Below, in pieces: positions 1 to 9,288 of a stretch of 64,000 nt of DNA. Both the position numbers and the translations under genes were made by a program. Under the pieces are notes generated by a model. It was not told the DNA's origin. It searched no databases and worked only from the letters and a program-made list of their open reading frames with translations. The DNA comes from an uncultured Methanospirillum sp. (GTDB lineage Archaea; Halobacteriota; Methanomicrobia; Methanomicrobiales; Methanospirillaceae), in assembly GCA_964637135.1 (NCBI GenBank), contig CAZWTX010000011.1:4297-68296 (forward strand), read 5' to 3'. The first letter of the stretch is position 1. Every line of letters starts with the position of its first letter.

Positions 1-1
1 A

Positions 2-253
2 CTCCTCGGGAAGGTAGCCGATCTGCTCCTTTATCCGGATCGGATCGCCGGAGATATCAGTCCCCCCGATGCTGAGGCTGCCTGATGTCGGTTTTACCAG
101 GCCTGAAAGGATCTTCAGGAGGGTGGTTTTTCCAGCCCCGTTATGCCCGATTATCCCGAATATTTCCCCTTCACGGCAGGTGAATGAAACCTGGTCAAGG
201 GCGATGACATCTCCGTACCGCTTGGAGAGTTCTGATGCCTCGATCATACGCAT
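2..253 (-). CDS. ABC transporter ATP-binding protein (N-terminal part only, runs off the window edge)
   Basis: Not in the ORF track. Manual translation from ATG at 253: MRMIEASELSKRYGDVIALDQVSFTCREGEIFGIIGHNGAGKTTLLKILSGLVKPTSG..., containing Walker A GHNGAGKT. Divergent from the two permease genes. Confidence 0.9.
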   Translation of the reverse strand, partial: MRMIEASELSKRYGDVIALDQVSFTCREGEIFGIIGHNGAGKTTLLKILSGLVKPTSGSLSIGGTDISGDPIRIKEQIGYLPEE

Positions 254-350
254 AGAGAGCCTGAACTCCAAAGGACTAATACTTGCCGCCCGTGACGATC
301 CCGGATTGAGCAGAGATGATATTAACCAGACCGGCATACAACTCACCATC

Positions 351-2162
351 ATGCAGGCGGTACGACAACTGATGACCATCGCAACGTGGGAAGTGAAGCG
401 CTTCTCATCGTCAATGAGCAGGGATCTCCTCCCCCTCGTTATTGTACTGGTCATCCTTCTCGTTCTTGTCAGCGGGTACACGGCCCAGCACGGGCTTCAC
501 CTTCAAGACCAGATGTACCGGATCGGCATTGACAGTCCTGTGTACCTGGACATCGTCGGACAGGATCCCCGGTATGCAGTATACCCCCTCTCCGAAGACG
601 GGATCACCCAGACTTCAGGGATAGATGTCGCCATCTCAAAGGGAACCGTCCTTCGGGCGAGGGGCCAGAAAGCAGAAGCAGCCCAGAAAAGCCTGGAACA
701 TGATTACCAGGGATACCAGGACCAGGTATTCCGGACCCAGACAGATCTCTTTGCCGCCTACCCGGTATGGGTGAAAAGCGATTATATCGTCAGTGAACTC
801 GATTTTCTTGCCACTCAGGGCGGAAGACAGGTTTCAACCCCGACCCGTGCGACGCCTGAGGCACCGGTCCCTGAAGGAACGGTGGAGCCGTACCTCCCAG
901 ACACGGGAGAAATCGCAAACCAGGAAGATCTCAGGATTGCCCTCTCTAAGCAGGCAGAACAGGGTGATGAAACGGTCGGGAGGTATTCAGGCCTTCTCGC
1001 CCAGCAGGAGGAGACCATGGGTGATTACCGTATCCCCTCAATGCTTTCACCGCCCCTTCCCTTTGACACGATCATCTTCATCTTCATCTTTATCTTTCCG
1101 CTCTACTTTACCTCGCAGTTCTTCATGATGAGCATCATGAACGAGCGGACGCTCAGGCAGGGAGAAGCACTGGTGGCATCCCCGGTCAGGCCGGCCATTA
1201 TCATTTTCGGAAAAATGCTCCCGTATGCCATCGGAATGGTGATCCTGGTCCTGGCGATCCTCTTCTCAATCAGTGCCCCGCTCAGTGCCATCCCCCCGCT
1301 CATTCCGGTGATCCTCTTCTTCCTGGCGTTTGCACTCTTCATCGGGATAATCGCACGGAGTTACAAGGAACTCTCCTTTATATCGATATTCTTCTCAACA
1401 ATAGCCACCTCCTATCTCTTCTTCCCGAGCATCTTTGCAAACATCCATATTGTCAGCCTCCTCTCTCCAATCACCCTGGTTATCCATGCACTTGACGGCA
1501 CAGGGTACACGGAGACCGATTACCTGTATGCCACTTCGCTCTTTTACCTGGTGAGCCTCATTCTCTTCACGGTATGTATCAAAAACTTCCACGAGGAGCA
1601 GATCTTCACAGAAAAGAACCTCTTTGCCAAGATCAGTTCCTGTCTCGGAAGCATGATACCGGCTAAGACCTGGCCGCTCTCGCTGCTAGTCATCAGTGCC
1701 CTCACCATCCCGTTTGTCTTCATGGCACAGATGATGTACCTCGTTCTGTTCTTCAACCTCCCGATGCCGGCCTCGCTGATCATGATCATGATCCTTGCAG
1801 CCCTCACCGAGGAGATCGCAAAAGCTGCCGGGTTAATCGGTCTTATTAACATGAACCCGGATATCTTTTCCTGGAAGGTTCTCGGGATAGCCGCCATCGC
1901 GATAGCAGCCGGGTTCCTGCTCGGTGAAAAATTACTTCTCTTTATCACGCTGTCCCAGATTTCAGACTCGGTGTTCGGGGCAATCCTTTTCCTTTCCCTC
2001 GGTCTGCTCTGGATGCCGTTCCTCCTCCATGCAGTGACGGTGTTCTGTACCGGGCTTTCCCTGAAATTCGGGGGTACGCGATCCCTGCCGGTCGGGATCG
2101 CCCTTGCCACCATGGTTCATTGTACCTATAATCTCATCCTCCTCAGGGGGTGGGCCTTTTGA
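351..2162 (+). CDS. ABC-2 type permease fused to a C-terminal PrsW-like intramembrane metalloprotease domain
   Basis: Start moved from 69 to ATG 351 because 69-253 is the antisense of the ATPase gene. Multi-TM ABC-2 core (MMSIMNER...LVASPV...GKMLPY); C-terminal EEIAK, FLLGE and HCTYN motifs. Confidence 0.75.
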   Translation: MQAVRQLMTIATWEVKRFSSSMSRDLLPLVIVLVILLVLVSGYTAQHGLHLQDQMYRIGIDSPVYLDIVGQDPRYAVYPLSEDGITQTSGIDVAISKGTVLRARGQKAEAAQKSLEHDYQGYQDQVFRTQTDLFAAYPVWVKSDYIVSELDFLATQGGRQVSTPTRATPEAPVPEGTVEPYLPDTGEIANQEDLRIALSKQAEQGDETVGRYSGLLAQQEETMGDYRIPSMLSPPLPFDTIIFIFIFIFPLYFTSQFFMMSIMNERTLRQGEALVASPVRPAIIIFGKMLPYAIGMVILVLAILFSISAPLSAIPPLIPVILFFLAFALFIGIIARSYKELSFISIFFSTIATSYLFFPSIFANIHIVSLLSPITLVIHALDGTGYTETDYLYATSLFYLVSLILFTVCIKNFHEEQIFTEKNLFAKISSCLGSMIPAKTWPLSLLVISALTIPFVFMAQMMYLVLFFNLPMPASLIMIMILAALTEEIAKAAGLIGLINMNPDIFSWKVLGIAAIAIAAGFLLGEKLLLFITLSQISDSVFGAILFLSLGLLWMPFLLHAVTVFCTGLSLKFGGTRSLPVGIALATMVHCTYNLILLRGWAF

Positions 2163-3229
2163 ATTTCCACCGGATCGCTCTCATCACCCGGAAAGAACTC
2201 CGTGCGATAGGTGCTGAAAAAACGATAATCCTGGCGATACTTCTCCAGCTCTTCATCGCACTCTTCTCATCATTTCTCATGGTCGGCCTCTCTGCCATGT
2301 ACGATCCATCTGCGTACGGGCGGGTAAGCGGAATCCAGTACGGGGTCGGGTATGCCGGAAACGATACCCTCCTTTATGAACTCATCACCCGCGACGGATC
2401 CTTCAGGCCATACCAGATGGACCCGGGAGTGGCCCTGGCGGCACTAAAGGAGAGAAAACTCGCTGCAGTGGTTGTTTTGTCCGATACACCACCCGGTGCG
2501 GAGGATCCGGTGACCATCACCCTCTATACGATCAAAAATGACATTCAGTCTGCCGTTATCGAAGTAAAACTGAAAGATATTCTCATGGATTACGAGAAGG
2601 TTATCCGTGACATCAGGAAAGATCGGCTCGACTCCCTCCCGCTGTCGCTCACGATAGCCCGGCCTGTTGTTTCGAATACCTTCTACGAGTTTATCTTCGG
2701 CCTGTTAATCCCGATGCTCCTCTTCATGCCGGCGATCATCTCCGCAGGACTTGTCATCGATCTCATCACCGAGGAACACCAGCAACAGACGCTCGATACC
2801 ATTAGATCAACCCCGGTCAGCGTGGAAGAACTCGTCTTTGGAAAAATACTCGCCTGCCTGATCCTGATCCCAATCCAGGCAGGAGTCTGGCTCCTCCTGC
2901 TGACGATAAACGGGATCCGGATCAGCAGTATTGTTGAGATCCTGCTCCATGTGATGGCCGGATCGGCCGTGCTCATCCTTGTTGCATCCCTTACCGCCCT
3001 CTGGTACCGGGACCGGACAAAAGCTCAGTTCATCTTCTCCACTGCCACGATTATCCTGCTCCTTCTTGCCCTTGCATTCCCCTATAATCCGGTCAACCTG
3101 ATCGTATTACTCGCAACAGGGAATAATCCGGGGATTCACTGGCTGGTTCTCCTCATTCTTGTGGTCTTCTGCCTGGTTCTCCTTGCCGGCGTCAGGATCG
3201 GATCGCGACGCCTGGAAACCGGATCCTGA
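2150..3229 (+). CDS. ABC-2 type transporter permease
   Basis: N-terminal TM, extracellular loop, then ITEEHQQQTLDTIRSTPV...FGKI and several TM helices. Overlaps the upstream permease by 13 bp. Confidence 0.85.
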   Translation: MGLLNFHRIALITRKELRAIGAEKTIILAILLQLFIALFSSFLMVGLSAMYDPSAYGRVSGIQYGVGYAGNDTLLYELITRDGSFRPYQMDPGVALAALKERKLAAVVVLSDTPPGAEDPVTITLYTIKNDIQSAVIEVKLKDILMDYEKVIRDIRKDRLDSLPLSLTIARPVVSNTFYEFIFGLLIPMLLFMPAIISAGLVIDLITEEHQQQTLDTIRSTPVSVEELVFGKILACLILIPIQAGVWLLLLTINGIRISSIVEILLHVMAGSAVLILVASLTALWYRDRTKAQFIFSTATIILLLLALAFPYNPVNLIVLLATGNNPGIHWLVLLILVVFCLVLLAGVRIGSRRLETGS

Positions 3230-3262
3230 CCGGTTCATGGCGATATCTTCATCTTTTTTGGG

Positions 3263-3805
3263 ATGAAACCCTTATTCGTGGCTGAAAATACCTTCTCAGG
3301 GAATAATCCGGGAAAAATGACCTGTGCCGGTTTCTGGAGACGTCTGCTCGCTGCAATCATCGATCTGGGAATCATCCTCCTGATTGATGCCGTCATTGTC
3401 ATATACACCGGTACGGGAAACCTTATACCGGCAGGAACCGGGAACCTGAGCGGCGGAAATCCCGATCTGCTCCTCGGGGCACATCTCCCGGGAGTCTCAC
3501 CAGGAGCCGCGTTCCCGGTTATTCTTCTCTGCCTGGTCCTGGTCCCATGGCTCTACTATGCCCTCCTGGAATCGTCACAAAACCAGGCCACCCTTGGCAA
3601 GATGACCGCACGAATAATTGTCACCGACCTGCAGGGGATGCGCCTGACCTTTGCACGGGCCACCCTTCGTCATTTTTCAAAATATCTCTCGGCCCTGCTT
3701 TGCATGGCCGGATTTGTCTGTATCCTCTATACACGGTATCAGCAGGGTCTCCATGACATCATCGGGGCATGTCTCGTCCTGTATCAGGAGCAGAAGATCT
3801 CCTGA
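3263..3805 (+). CDS. RDD family membrane protein
   Basis: AGFWRRLLAAIID, QATLGKM and QGLHDIIG motifs typical of RDD. Confidence 0.9.
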   Translation: MKPLFVAENTFSGNNPGKMTCAGFWRRLLAAIIDLGIILLIDAVIVIYTGTGNLIPAGTGNLSGGNPDLLLGAHLPGVSPGAAFPVILLCLVLVPWLYYALLESSQNQATLGKMTARIIVTDLQGMRLTFARATLRHFSKYLSALLCMAGFVCILYTRYQQGLHDIIGACLVLYQEQKIS

Positions 3806-3885
3806 TCCGCTTCTCTTCCGGTATCCCTCTCCGGGCTACGGCATCGGGGAAAAAGAGGCTGGAAACAAAAAAGATAGGGCCCTGA

Positions 3886-4431
3886 TTATCCGCAGGGGGA
3901 ACAGGAGACGATTATCTCCTTTGGCTGCAGCCGGCTCTCCCATTTTCCATGGTTGGAAGAAACGAGCGCATCAGCATCGCTATCAAGAAGATCGCTGTTC
4001 TCCTCGTGTATTTTTTGTTTATACTCGTCAAGGGCAACCCAGTCGCCTGCCCTGATGATATCACCAAGTGAACTGTATTTGGCAAGGTTTGAATATGCAG
4101 ATTCCTGTGAGACTGTTCCATTCTCAGTATTAAGGGTGGTCTGGTTGACTGTCGTGGTCAAATTATCAGCCGTCTGATTCATCGTCTGGTTTTCAGTCGC
4201 TGAAAGGGAAGAAGAATCCGTAACGGGGGTCAGGGTCGGTTCGGGATCGGTTTCATAAAAGGAAGCAGCATTCGAACCGGTCGATGAATAGATGCTTCTT
4301 CCCATATCATATCCGTATTTCTCAAATCCACCGGATCCTGCACCCGAACCGGACGCCAGCACTGTCGGGATGATCAGGACAACGAGAGTGATAATGCCTG
4401 CAAGAACCAGGCAGGAACGTGATGACACCAT
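3886..4431 (-). CDS. Hypothetical secreted protein with Thr/Asn-rich linker and C-terminal CSPCG
   Basis: Signal-peptide-like N-terminus, N-x-T sequons (NQT, NLT, NGT), coherent 181-aa ORF. Confidence 0.7.
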   Translation of the reverse strand: MVSSRSCLVLAGIITLVVLIIPTVLASGSGAGSGGFEKYGYDMGRSIYSSTGSNAASFYETDPEPTLTPVTDSSSLSATENQTMNQTADNLTTTVNQTTLNTENGTVSQESAYSNLAKYSSLGDIIRAGDWVALDEYKQKIHEENSDLLDSDADALVSSNHGKWESRLQPKEIIVSCSPCG

Positions 4432-4499
4432 AATCCGGATCTATAGGTTCCCTCCCGTTGGTCATAAACATGTGCAGGAAAACCACGGGAAATAACCAA

Positions 4500-4964
4500 T
4501 CACGGGAGGTCTATCGGATCATGCCTGATGATCCGGGATGAAGCAGGTAGGTTTTCAAGGAGAAAATCTCCACCGCGGGATCGAATCAGGATACCTGACA
4601 ATTCTTCAGACGCACAAAGAAGATGCTGTTCAGGATGGGTTCCCCGCTCAATCGAACAGGCAAGGAGAATCTCCGGTCCTGCCGAGACAACCATGCGAAG
4701 CCGTAATGAACCGGGATGGTTTTTTGGGAGAACCAACAGAGGAACATGGTACCTCCTCACAAGTTCAAGGAGGATAACCGCCTGGCCAAGCGGGCCGCCT
4801 TCCGGAGCGGAGACTGCAATAATATCCCCTTTCTGAAGAAACTGGGTATACTCGTCCCCGGAAGTCTCGATAAAAAGATGAAATGGATCCAGAACCAGGC
4901 CAACCAGGAGAAACGATTCTCCAGCCTGGATTTCGAGGTAGCCGGCGCCCGGCGATCCGATCAT
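4500..4964 (-). CDS. Conserved hypothetical protein (154 aa)
   Basis: Protein-like composition; its ATG overlaps the stop of the upstream 50-aa ORF (ATGA). Confidence 0.7.
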   Translation of the reverse strand: MIGSPGAGYLEIQAGESFLLVGLVLDPFHLFIETSGDEYTQFLQKGDIIAVSAPEGGPLGQAVILLELVRRYHVPLLVLPKNHPGSLRLRMVVSAGPEILLACSIERGTHPEQHLLCASEELSGILIRSRGGDFLLENLPASSRIIRHDPIDLP

Positions 4965-5113
4965 ACCTCGGTCACATTATCCGAACCACAGGAAGGGCAC
5001 CGGACATTCTTACCGATTCCCTTAAAGGATCCATTACAATCCTTGCATTTATAGTCTTTCGACTTCAGCCGCTCTTCAAACTCGATATCAACAGGTCCGC
5101 CGACGGTACACAT
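4961..5113 (-). CDS. Small zinc-ribbon protein, 50 aa (below the ORF-track cutoff)
   Basis: Manual translation MCTVGGPVDIEFEERLKSKDYKCKDCNGSFKGIGKNVRCPSCGSDNVTEV*; two CxxC pairs; GGTGA Shine-Dalgarno-like motif 6 nt upstream; ATGA overlap with the next gene. Confidence 0.85.
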   Translation of the reverse strand: MCTVGGPVDIEFEERLKSKDYKCKDCNGSFKGIGKNVRCPSCGSDNVTEV

Positions 5114-5253
5114 GCTGCATCACCATGTTATACTCACCTCTTCTCAAGATAAAAGGTGGTATACGGTGTACGTGCCTTATAAACTCCCGGAAGATCCTCC
5201 GGCTGGGACCATGGTATAACTTCCGGATGTGGGGTCAGGGCTGTCTGAAGCTC

Positions 5254-7065
5254 CTAGAGCTCGATCCTCGTCACGACCCCGTGCACCTTGTTATGGGGAA
5301 GCCGGTGGTACTGGACAAAGGAAGGACAAAGTCTTTTTATCGCGTAAAAAATCTTCCAGACCAACTTCCGGCTGACGATTTCCTCCATGCCATAAAAGAT
5401 CGTCTTCTCCTCGATTCCGGCATCGCGGATGATCTTCATCAGATCGATCATCTGCATGTACCCGTACGAAATCGAGAGATGCGATACTCCCGGAAGGATA
5501 TCACGTTCAAGCCGGAAGGTCATGCCACGGGGTTTTTCAAGAATGCTTAACGAGACAAAGACATTCTGCTCGTACAGGATCTCGTTTATGAACATGGTAC
5601 GGGGAATATATGCCGGGATGAAATCCAGGGAGCGGGAGAAGAAGATTCCCGTCCCCCTGATGAGACGCTGGGTCTCATGGGCACGCAGGTATTTCTTCTG
5701 AAACTTCTCCCAGGGCATTGGTTGTATGGCACGGTACATCGCCTCCTGCCCCTTGACATAGATGATGACGATGCAGAACGGAATGGAAGCAATGAGGAGT
5801 GACCAGTACCCGCCTGAGGAGAACTTTGTCAGGAGAGAGAAGAAGAACCCTGAATCGACGATGAGTACGAACAGGGAGAGAATGATATACACCGGTGTCT
5901 TCCGGCAGAGATAGATGGATACCATCAGGATCGCATCGATCATCATCGTCCCGGTCACAGCAATGCCGTATGCATTGGCAATACGGTCAGAGTACCCGAA
6001 TACCATCAGGACAAAGATCACCGCACAACAGAGCATCCAGTTTACACTGTCGATATAGATCTGGGTCCTGAGTTCATCGGAGGTATAATCAACTTTGAGC
6101 ATCGGGAGCAGGTGGGTCGTGATCGCCTGGTAGATGATGGAGAAAATCCCGCTTATCACGGCCTGGGATGCAATGATCGTTGCACATATCGTAAGGATAA
6201 GGAACGGAATGTAGAGAATGCCAAACTCCTGTGAGATCATCTCAAAGAGGGGATTTTCAACTCCGCTGTTGCGGATTAGAAATGCTCCCTGGCCCATATA
6301 GGAGATGATGATCCCGACACAGACGAAAAACCAGGCATACCGGATGGGTTCACGCCCGAGGTGACCCATGTCGGCAAAGAGCGCCTCCGCGCCGGTGGCA
6401 CAGAGGATGACGAGGGAGAGGGAGATGAACGCCTCGAAAAAATTATGCTCGAAGAACTGAAGGGCATATGTCGGGGAAAGGGCAAGAAAAACCGTGGGAG
6501 TCTGGATGATAGAGAACATGCCGGTCAGGAAGAGGGTCACAAACCAGATTACCATGACCGGACCGAAGTACGCCGCAACTCTCCCGGAACCCTTCCGCTG
6601 GAAGTAAAAGAGCAGAAAGGTGATGAGTATCGCGAGAATCAGGAGCCATTCCTGCCCGACTGACTCCTGTCCGGGGATATGACGGATTCCTTCCACGGCT
6701 GAGAGGATACTGATCGCCGGAGTGAGAACACAATCCCCGATCATCAGCGATATCCCGATGATCGCAAGGAGGGTGGCCCCTGCCACATGAGCCCTGCTTT
6801 TCAGGAGCGGCTGAAGGAGCTCCTTAAGAACGATTGTGCCCCCCTCCCCGTTCTCTGATAACCGCATCGCAAGAACCGCATACTGCAGCGTCACGAGAAT
6901 GAACATCGTCCAGAAAATAAGGGATATTATCCCCATCACGTTCTCTTCTGTCGGAGGAATGAGAAGGAAAAGAACAGCAAGGGTGTATATCGGGCTGGTT
7001 CCGATATCACCAAAAACAAGACCGGTTGCTTTGATGATGGACCCTGCGGGCGGATGCTCAGCCAT
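5254..7065 (-). CDS. kup: KUP/HAK/KT family potassium transporter
   Basis: GLVFGDIGTSPIY, GEGGT, GAEALFADMGH motifs. Likely start MAEHP at 7065. Confidence 0.97.
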   Translation of the reverse strand: MAEHPPAGSIIKATGLVFGDIGTSPIYTLAVLFLLIPPTEENVMGIISLIFWTMFILVTLQYAVLAMRLSENGEGGTIVLKELLQPLLKSRAHVAGATLLAIIGISLMIGDCVLTPAISILSAVEGIRHIPGQESVGQEWLLILAILITFLLFYFQRKGSGRVAAYFGPVMVIWFVTLFLTGMFSIIQTPTVFLALSPTYALQFFEHNFFEAFISLSLVILCATGAEALFADMGHLGREPIRYAWFFVCVGIIISYMGQGAFLIRNSGVENPLFEMISQEFGILYIPFLILTICATIIASQAVISGIFSIIYQAITTHLLPMLKVDYTSDELRTQIYIDSVNWMLCCAVIFVLMVFGYSDRIANAYGIAVTGTMMIDAILMVSIYLCRKTPVYIILSLFVLIVDSGFFFSLLTKFSSGGYWSLLIASIPFCIVIIYVKGQEAMYRAIQPMPWEKFQKKYLRAHETQRLIRGTGIFFSRSLDFIPAYIPRTMFINEILYEQNVFVSLSILEKPRGMTFRLERDILPGVSHLSISYGYMQMIDLMKIIRDAGIEEKTIFYGMEEIVSRKLVWKIFYAIKRLCPSFVQYHRLPHNKVHGVVTRIEL

Positions 7066-7228
7066 ATCTCTCCTGATATATCGCAATCTCGTTTTAAGAT
7101 ACTATCAGTCTGAGCATGCCGCCAATACCCATCATCTTCCGGATTTTTTTTGGGGGTACCCGGTGTACCGTTTGGATCAGGAGAAAAAATGAGTATACCA
7201 TAAGGATAACAGATAGGATACATCCGAC

Positions 7229-8587
7229 ATGTCAGTACTCATTGAAGGAATCGTCATTGTATTCCTCATTCTTCTGAACGGCCTTCTCTCCATGGCAGAA
7301 TTCGCCCTGGTCTCGTCAAGACGGACGAGGCTTGAGCAGATGCAGGCCGAAGGAATATCCGGTGCAGGGACCGCCCTTGAGATATCAGAGGATCCCAACA
7401 CATTCCTTTCTGCCATCCAGATCGGGATAACCCTCGTTGGGATCCTTGCGGGAGCCTATGGGGGTGCATCGCTGGCCGGCAAACTGACACCGGTGTTTGA
7501 GATCAGTTCATATACGGCACCATACGCGAATACCATCAGCCTCGTGCTCATCGTCCTCGCCATCACCTTCGTTACCATCGTAATCGGGGAACTTGTCCCG
7601 AAGCGGATCGGGCTGTCAGATCCCGAACGGATTGCCGCACGGATGGCGGGATCGATCCACGTCTTGGTGGCACTGACAAAACCGGTCATCCGGCTTACCT
7701 CGTGGGCAACAGATATGATCCTCCTTATCACCGGTGCTGCCGGCACCGTGGAATCAACGGTAACAGAGGAGGAAATCACCGTTCTTCTCGAGGAAGGAAC
7801 CCGGGCAGGGGTGTTCAATGAGACCGAGCAGGAGATCGTCCAGAGCGTATTCAGATTTGCCGACCGGGATGTCGCCTCAATCATGGTTCCACGGCCTGAC
7901 GTGGTTGCCATAAATCTTGATGATCCATTTGAGACCATCCGGGAGACGATCATCACAACCGGCCATACCCGGTATCCGGTGTACCGGAATGAGATCGATC
8001 AGATATCCGGCGTTATCTCGGTGCGGGATCTCTGGGCACAGACAACCGGGGGGGGGATCGTCTCACTTGATGTACTGGTCACGCCGGTCCTCATGGTTCC
8101 CGAAAGCCTCTCGACTATCCGCCTGCTTGAGATGTTTAAATCGGCAATATCCCCGCTTGCCGTCATTGTTGACGAATACGGATCAGTCCTCGGGATTGTG
8201 ACCCTCCATGATCTCATGGAAGCTATTGTTGGTGACATGGACTCAGTTGATATCACGTCCGGAGACCCGGATGTCGTTGAACGTGAAGACGGGTCCTGGT
8301 TTGTGGACGGGACATACCCCGTCATCGATCTCAAACGGCTTCTTGACCTGGAATCCCTGCCCGGAGAGGAGGAACACCATTACCGGACCGTTGCAGGGTT
8401 CCTGATGGCTGAACTTGACCGGATTCCAAAAACAGGAGACATCATCAGGTACGGGGGATTCAGCTACGAAGTCGCTGACATGGACGGGCACCGGATCGAT
8501 AAGATCATCATAACGCGGCTGCAGCCAGACGTGGAGACGGAAGCGGGAACGGATACCGGTGAAAGCCGGGAGCCGGGATCATCCTGA
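7229..8587 (+). CDS. Hemolysin/CNNM (TlyC/CorC-like) protein: DUF21 + CBS pair + CorC_HlyC
   Basis: NGLLSMAEFALVS, GELVPKRIG, GHTRYPV, VDEYGSVLGIVTLHDLMEAIVGD motifs. Confidence 0.95.
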   Translation: MSVLIEGIVIVFLILLNGLLSMAEFALVSSRRTRLEQMQAEGISGAGTALEISEDPNTFLSAIQIGITLVGILAGAYGGASLAGKLTPVFEISSYTAPYANTISLVLIVLAITFVTIVIGELVPKRIGLSDPERIAARMAGSIHVLVALTKPVIRLTSWATDMILLITGAAGTVESTVTEEEITVLLEEGTRAGVFNETEQEIVQSVFRFADRDVASIMVPRPDVVAINLDDPFETIRETIITTGHTRYPVYRNEIDQISGVISVRDLWAQTTGGGIVSLDVLVTPVLMVPESLSTIRLLEMFKSAISPLAVIVDEYGSVLGIVTLHDLMEAIVGDMDSVDITSGDPDVVEREDGSWFVDGTYPVIDLKRLLDLESLPGEEEHHYRTVAGFLMAELDRIPKTGDIIRYGGFSYEVADMDGHRIDKIIITRLQPDVETEAGTDTGESREPGSS

Positions 8588-8628
8588 CCAGATGCATGGA
8601 TTTACACTAAGCACCAATACATGATCCC

Positions 8629-9288
8629 ATGAAGTTCCAATATACACTGCTCATCTGTATCCTCTTCCTGATGGTGATACCCCTGTCTGCAGACCGGGAG
8701 GTCGGGTTTGCAGATGAAGGGAATGCAGCAGCAATCAGGGAATACAACGAGGCAGTAGACTTCGCAGCCGCAGGAGAGATGGACAAGGCCCTTACATCAG
8801 TGAATAATGCCCTTGATAACCAGCCGAACTTCACGCTTGCCCTGGTCACGAAAGGGAATATCCTGATCAATCTCGGCAGGCTCGATGAAGCTGAAAAAGC
8901 CATTAATGTAGCAGCCGGGATTGAACCGGAAGACCCCATGGTCCTCGTCAGCCAGTCATCCCTGATGCAGAGCAGGGGAGATCATGCGGCTGCCATCCGG
9001 TATGCCAATATTGCAATAACGTCTGATCCCGGATGTATCGAAGCCTGGATCCTCAAGGGCACATCACATGGATCTCTCGGGGAATATGAATCTGCAAAGA
9101 ACGCATCATTACAGGCATTGTCTCTTGATCCTGGCAACAATCCGGCACAGGCCAATCTTGCATATGCCCTCCGCATGATGGAAGCAAACAAGACCGGGAT
9201 GACCGGCCGCACGGGAGCACAAAGCCCGCTCCCGTGGATCCTTGTTCCCCTGTCCGTTCTGGCTCTGGCAGTATTACGACGGGTGTGA
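8629..9288 (+). CDS. Secreted TPR protein with C-terminal CTERM-like membrane anchor
   Basis: Signal peptide, about 4 TPR repeats, tail TG..AQSPLPWILVPLSVLALAVLRRV (hydrophobic helix plus RR). Confidence 0.85.
   Translation: MKFQYTLLICILFLMVIPLSADREVGFADEGNAAAIREYNEAVDFAAAGEMDKALTSVNNALDNQPNFTLALVTKGNILINLGRLDEAEKAINVAAGIEPEDPMVLVSQSSLMQSRGDHAAAIRYANIAITSDPGCIEAWILKGTSHGSLGEYESAKNASLQALSLDPGNNPAQANLAYALRMMEANKTGMTGRTGAQSPLPWILVPLSVLALAVLRRV

Noticed and set aside
69-350. N-terminal extension of the 697-aa ORF
   Set aside because: It is the antisense of the ABC ATPase gene (FRRVVFPAP mirrors GAGKTTLLK).
7066-7228. c-di-AMP or Mg riboswitch between kup and the CorC-like gene
   Set aside because: No ydaO or M-box consensus elements; region looks like ordinary divergent promoters.
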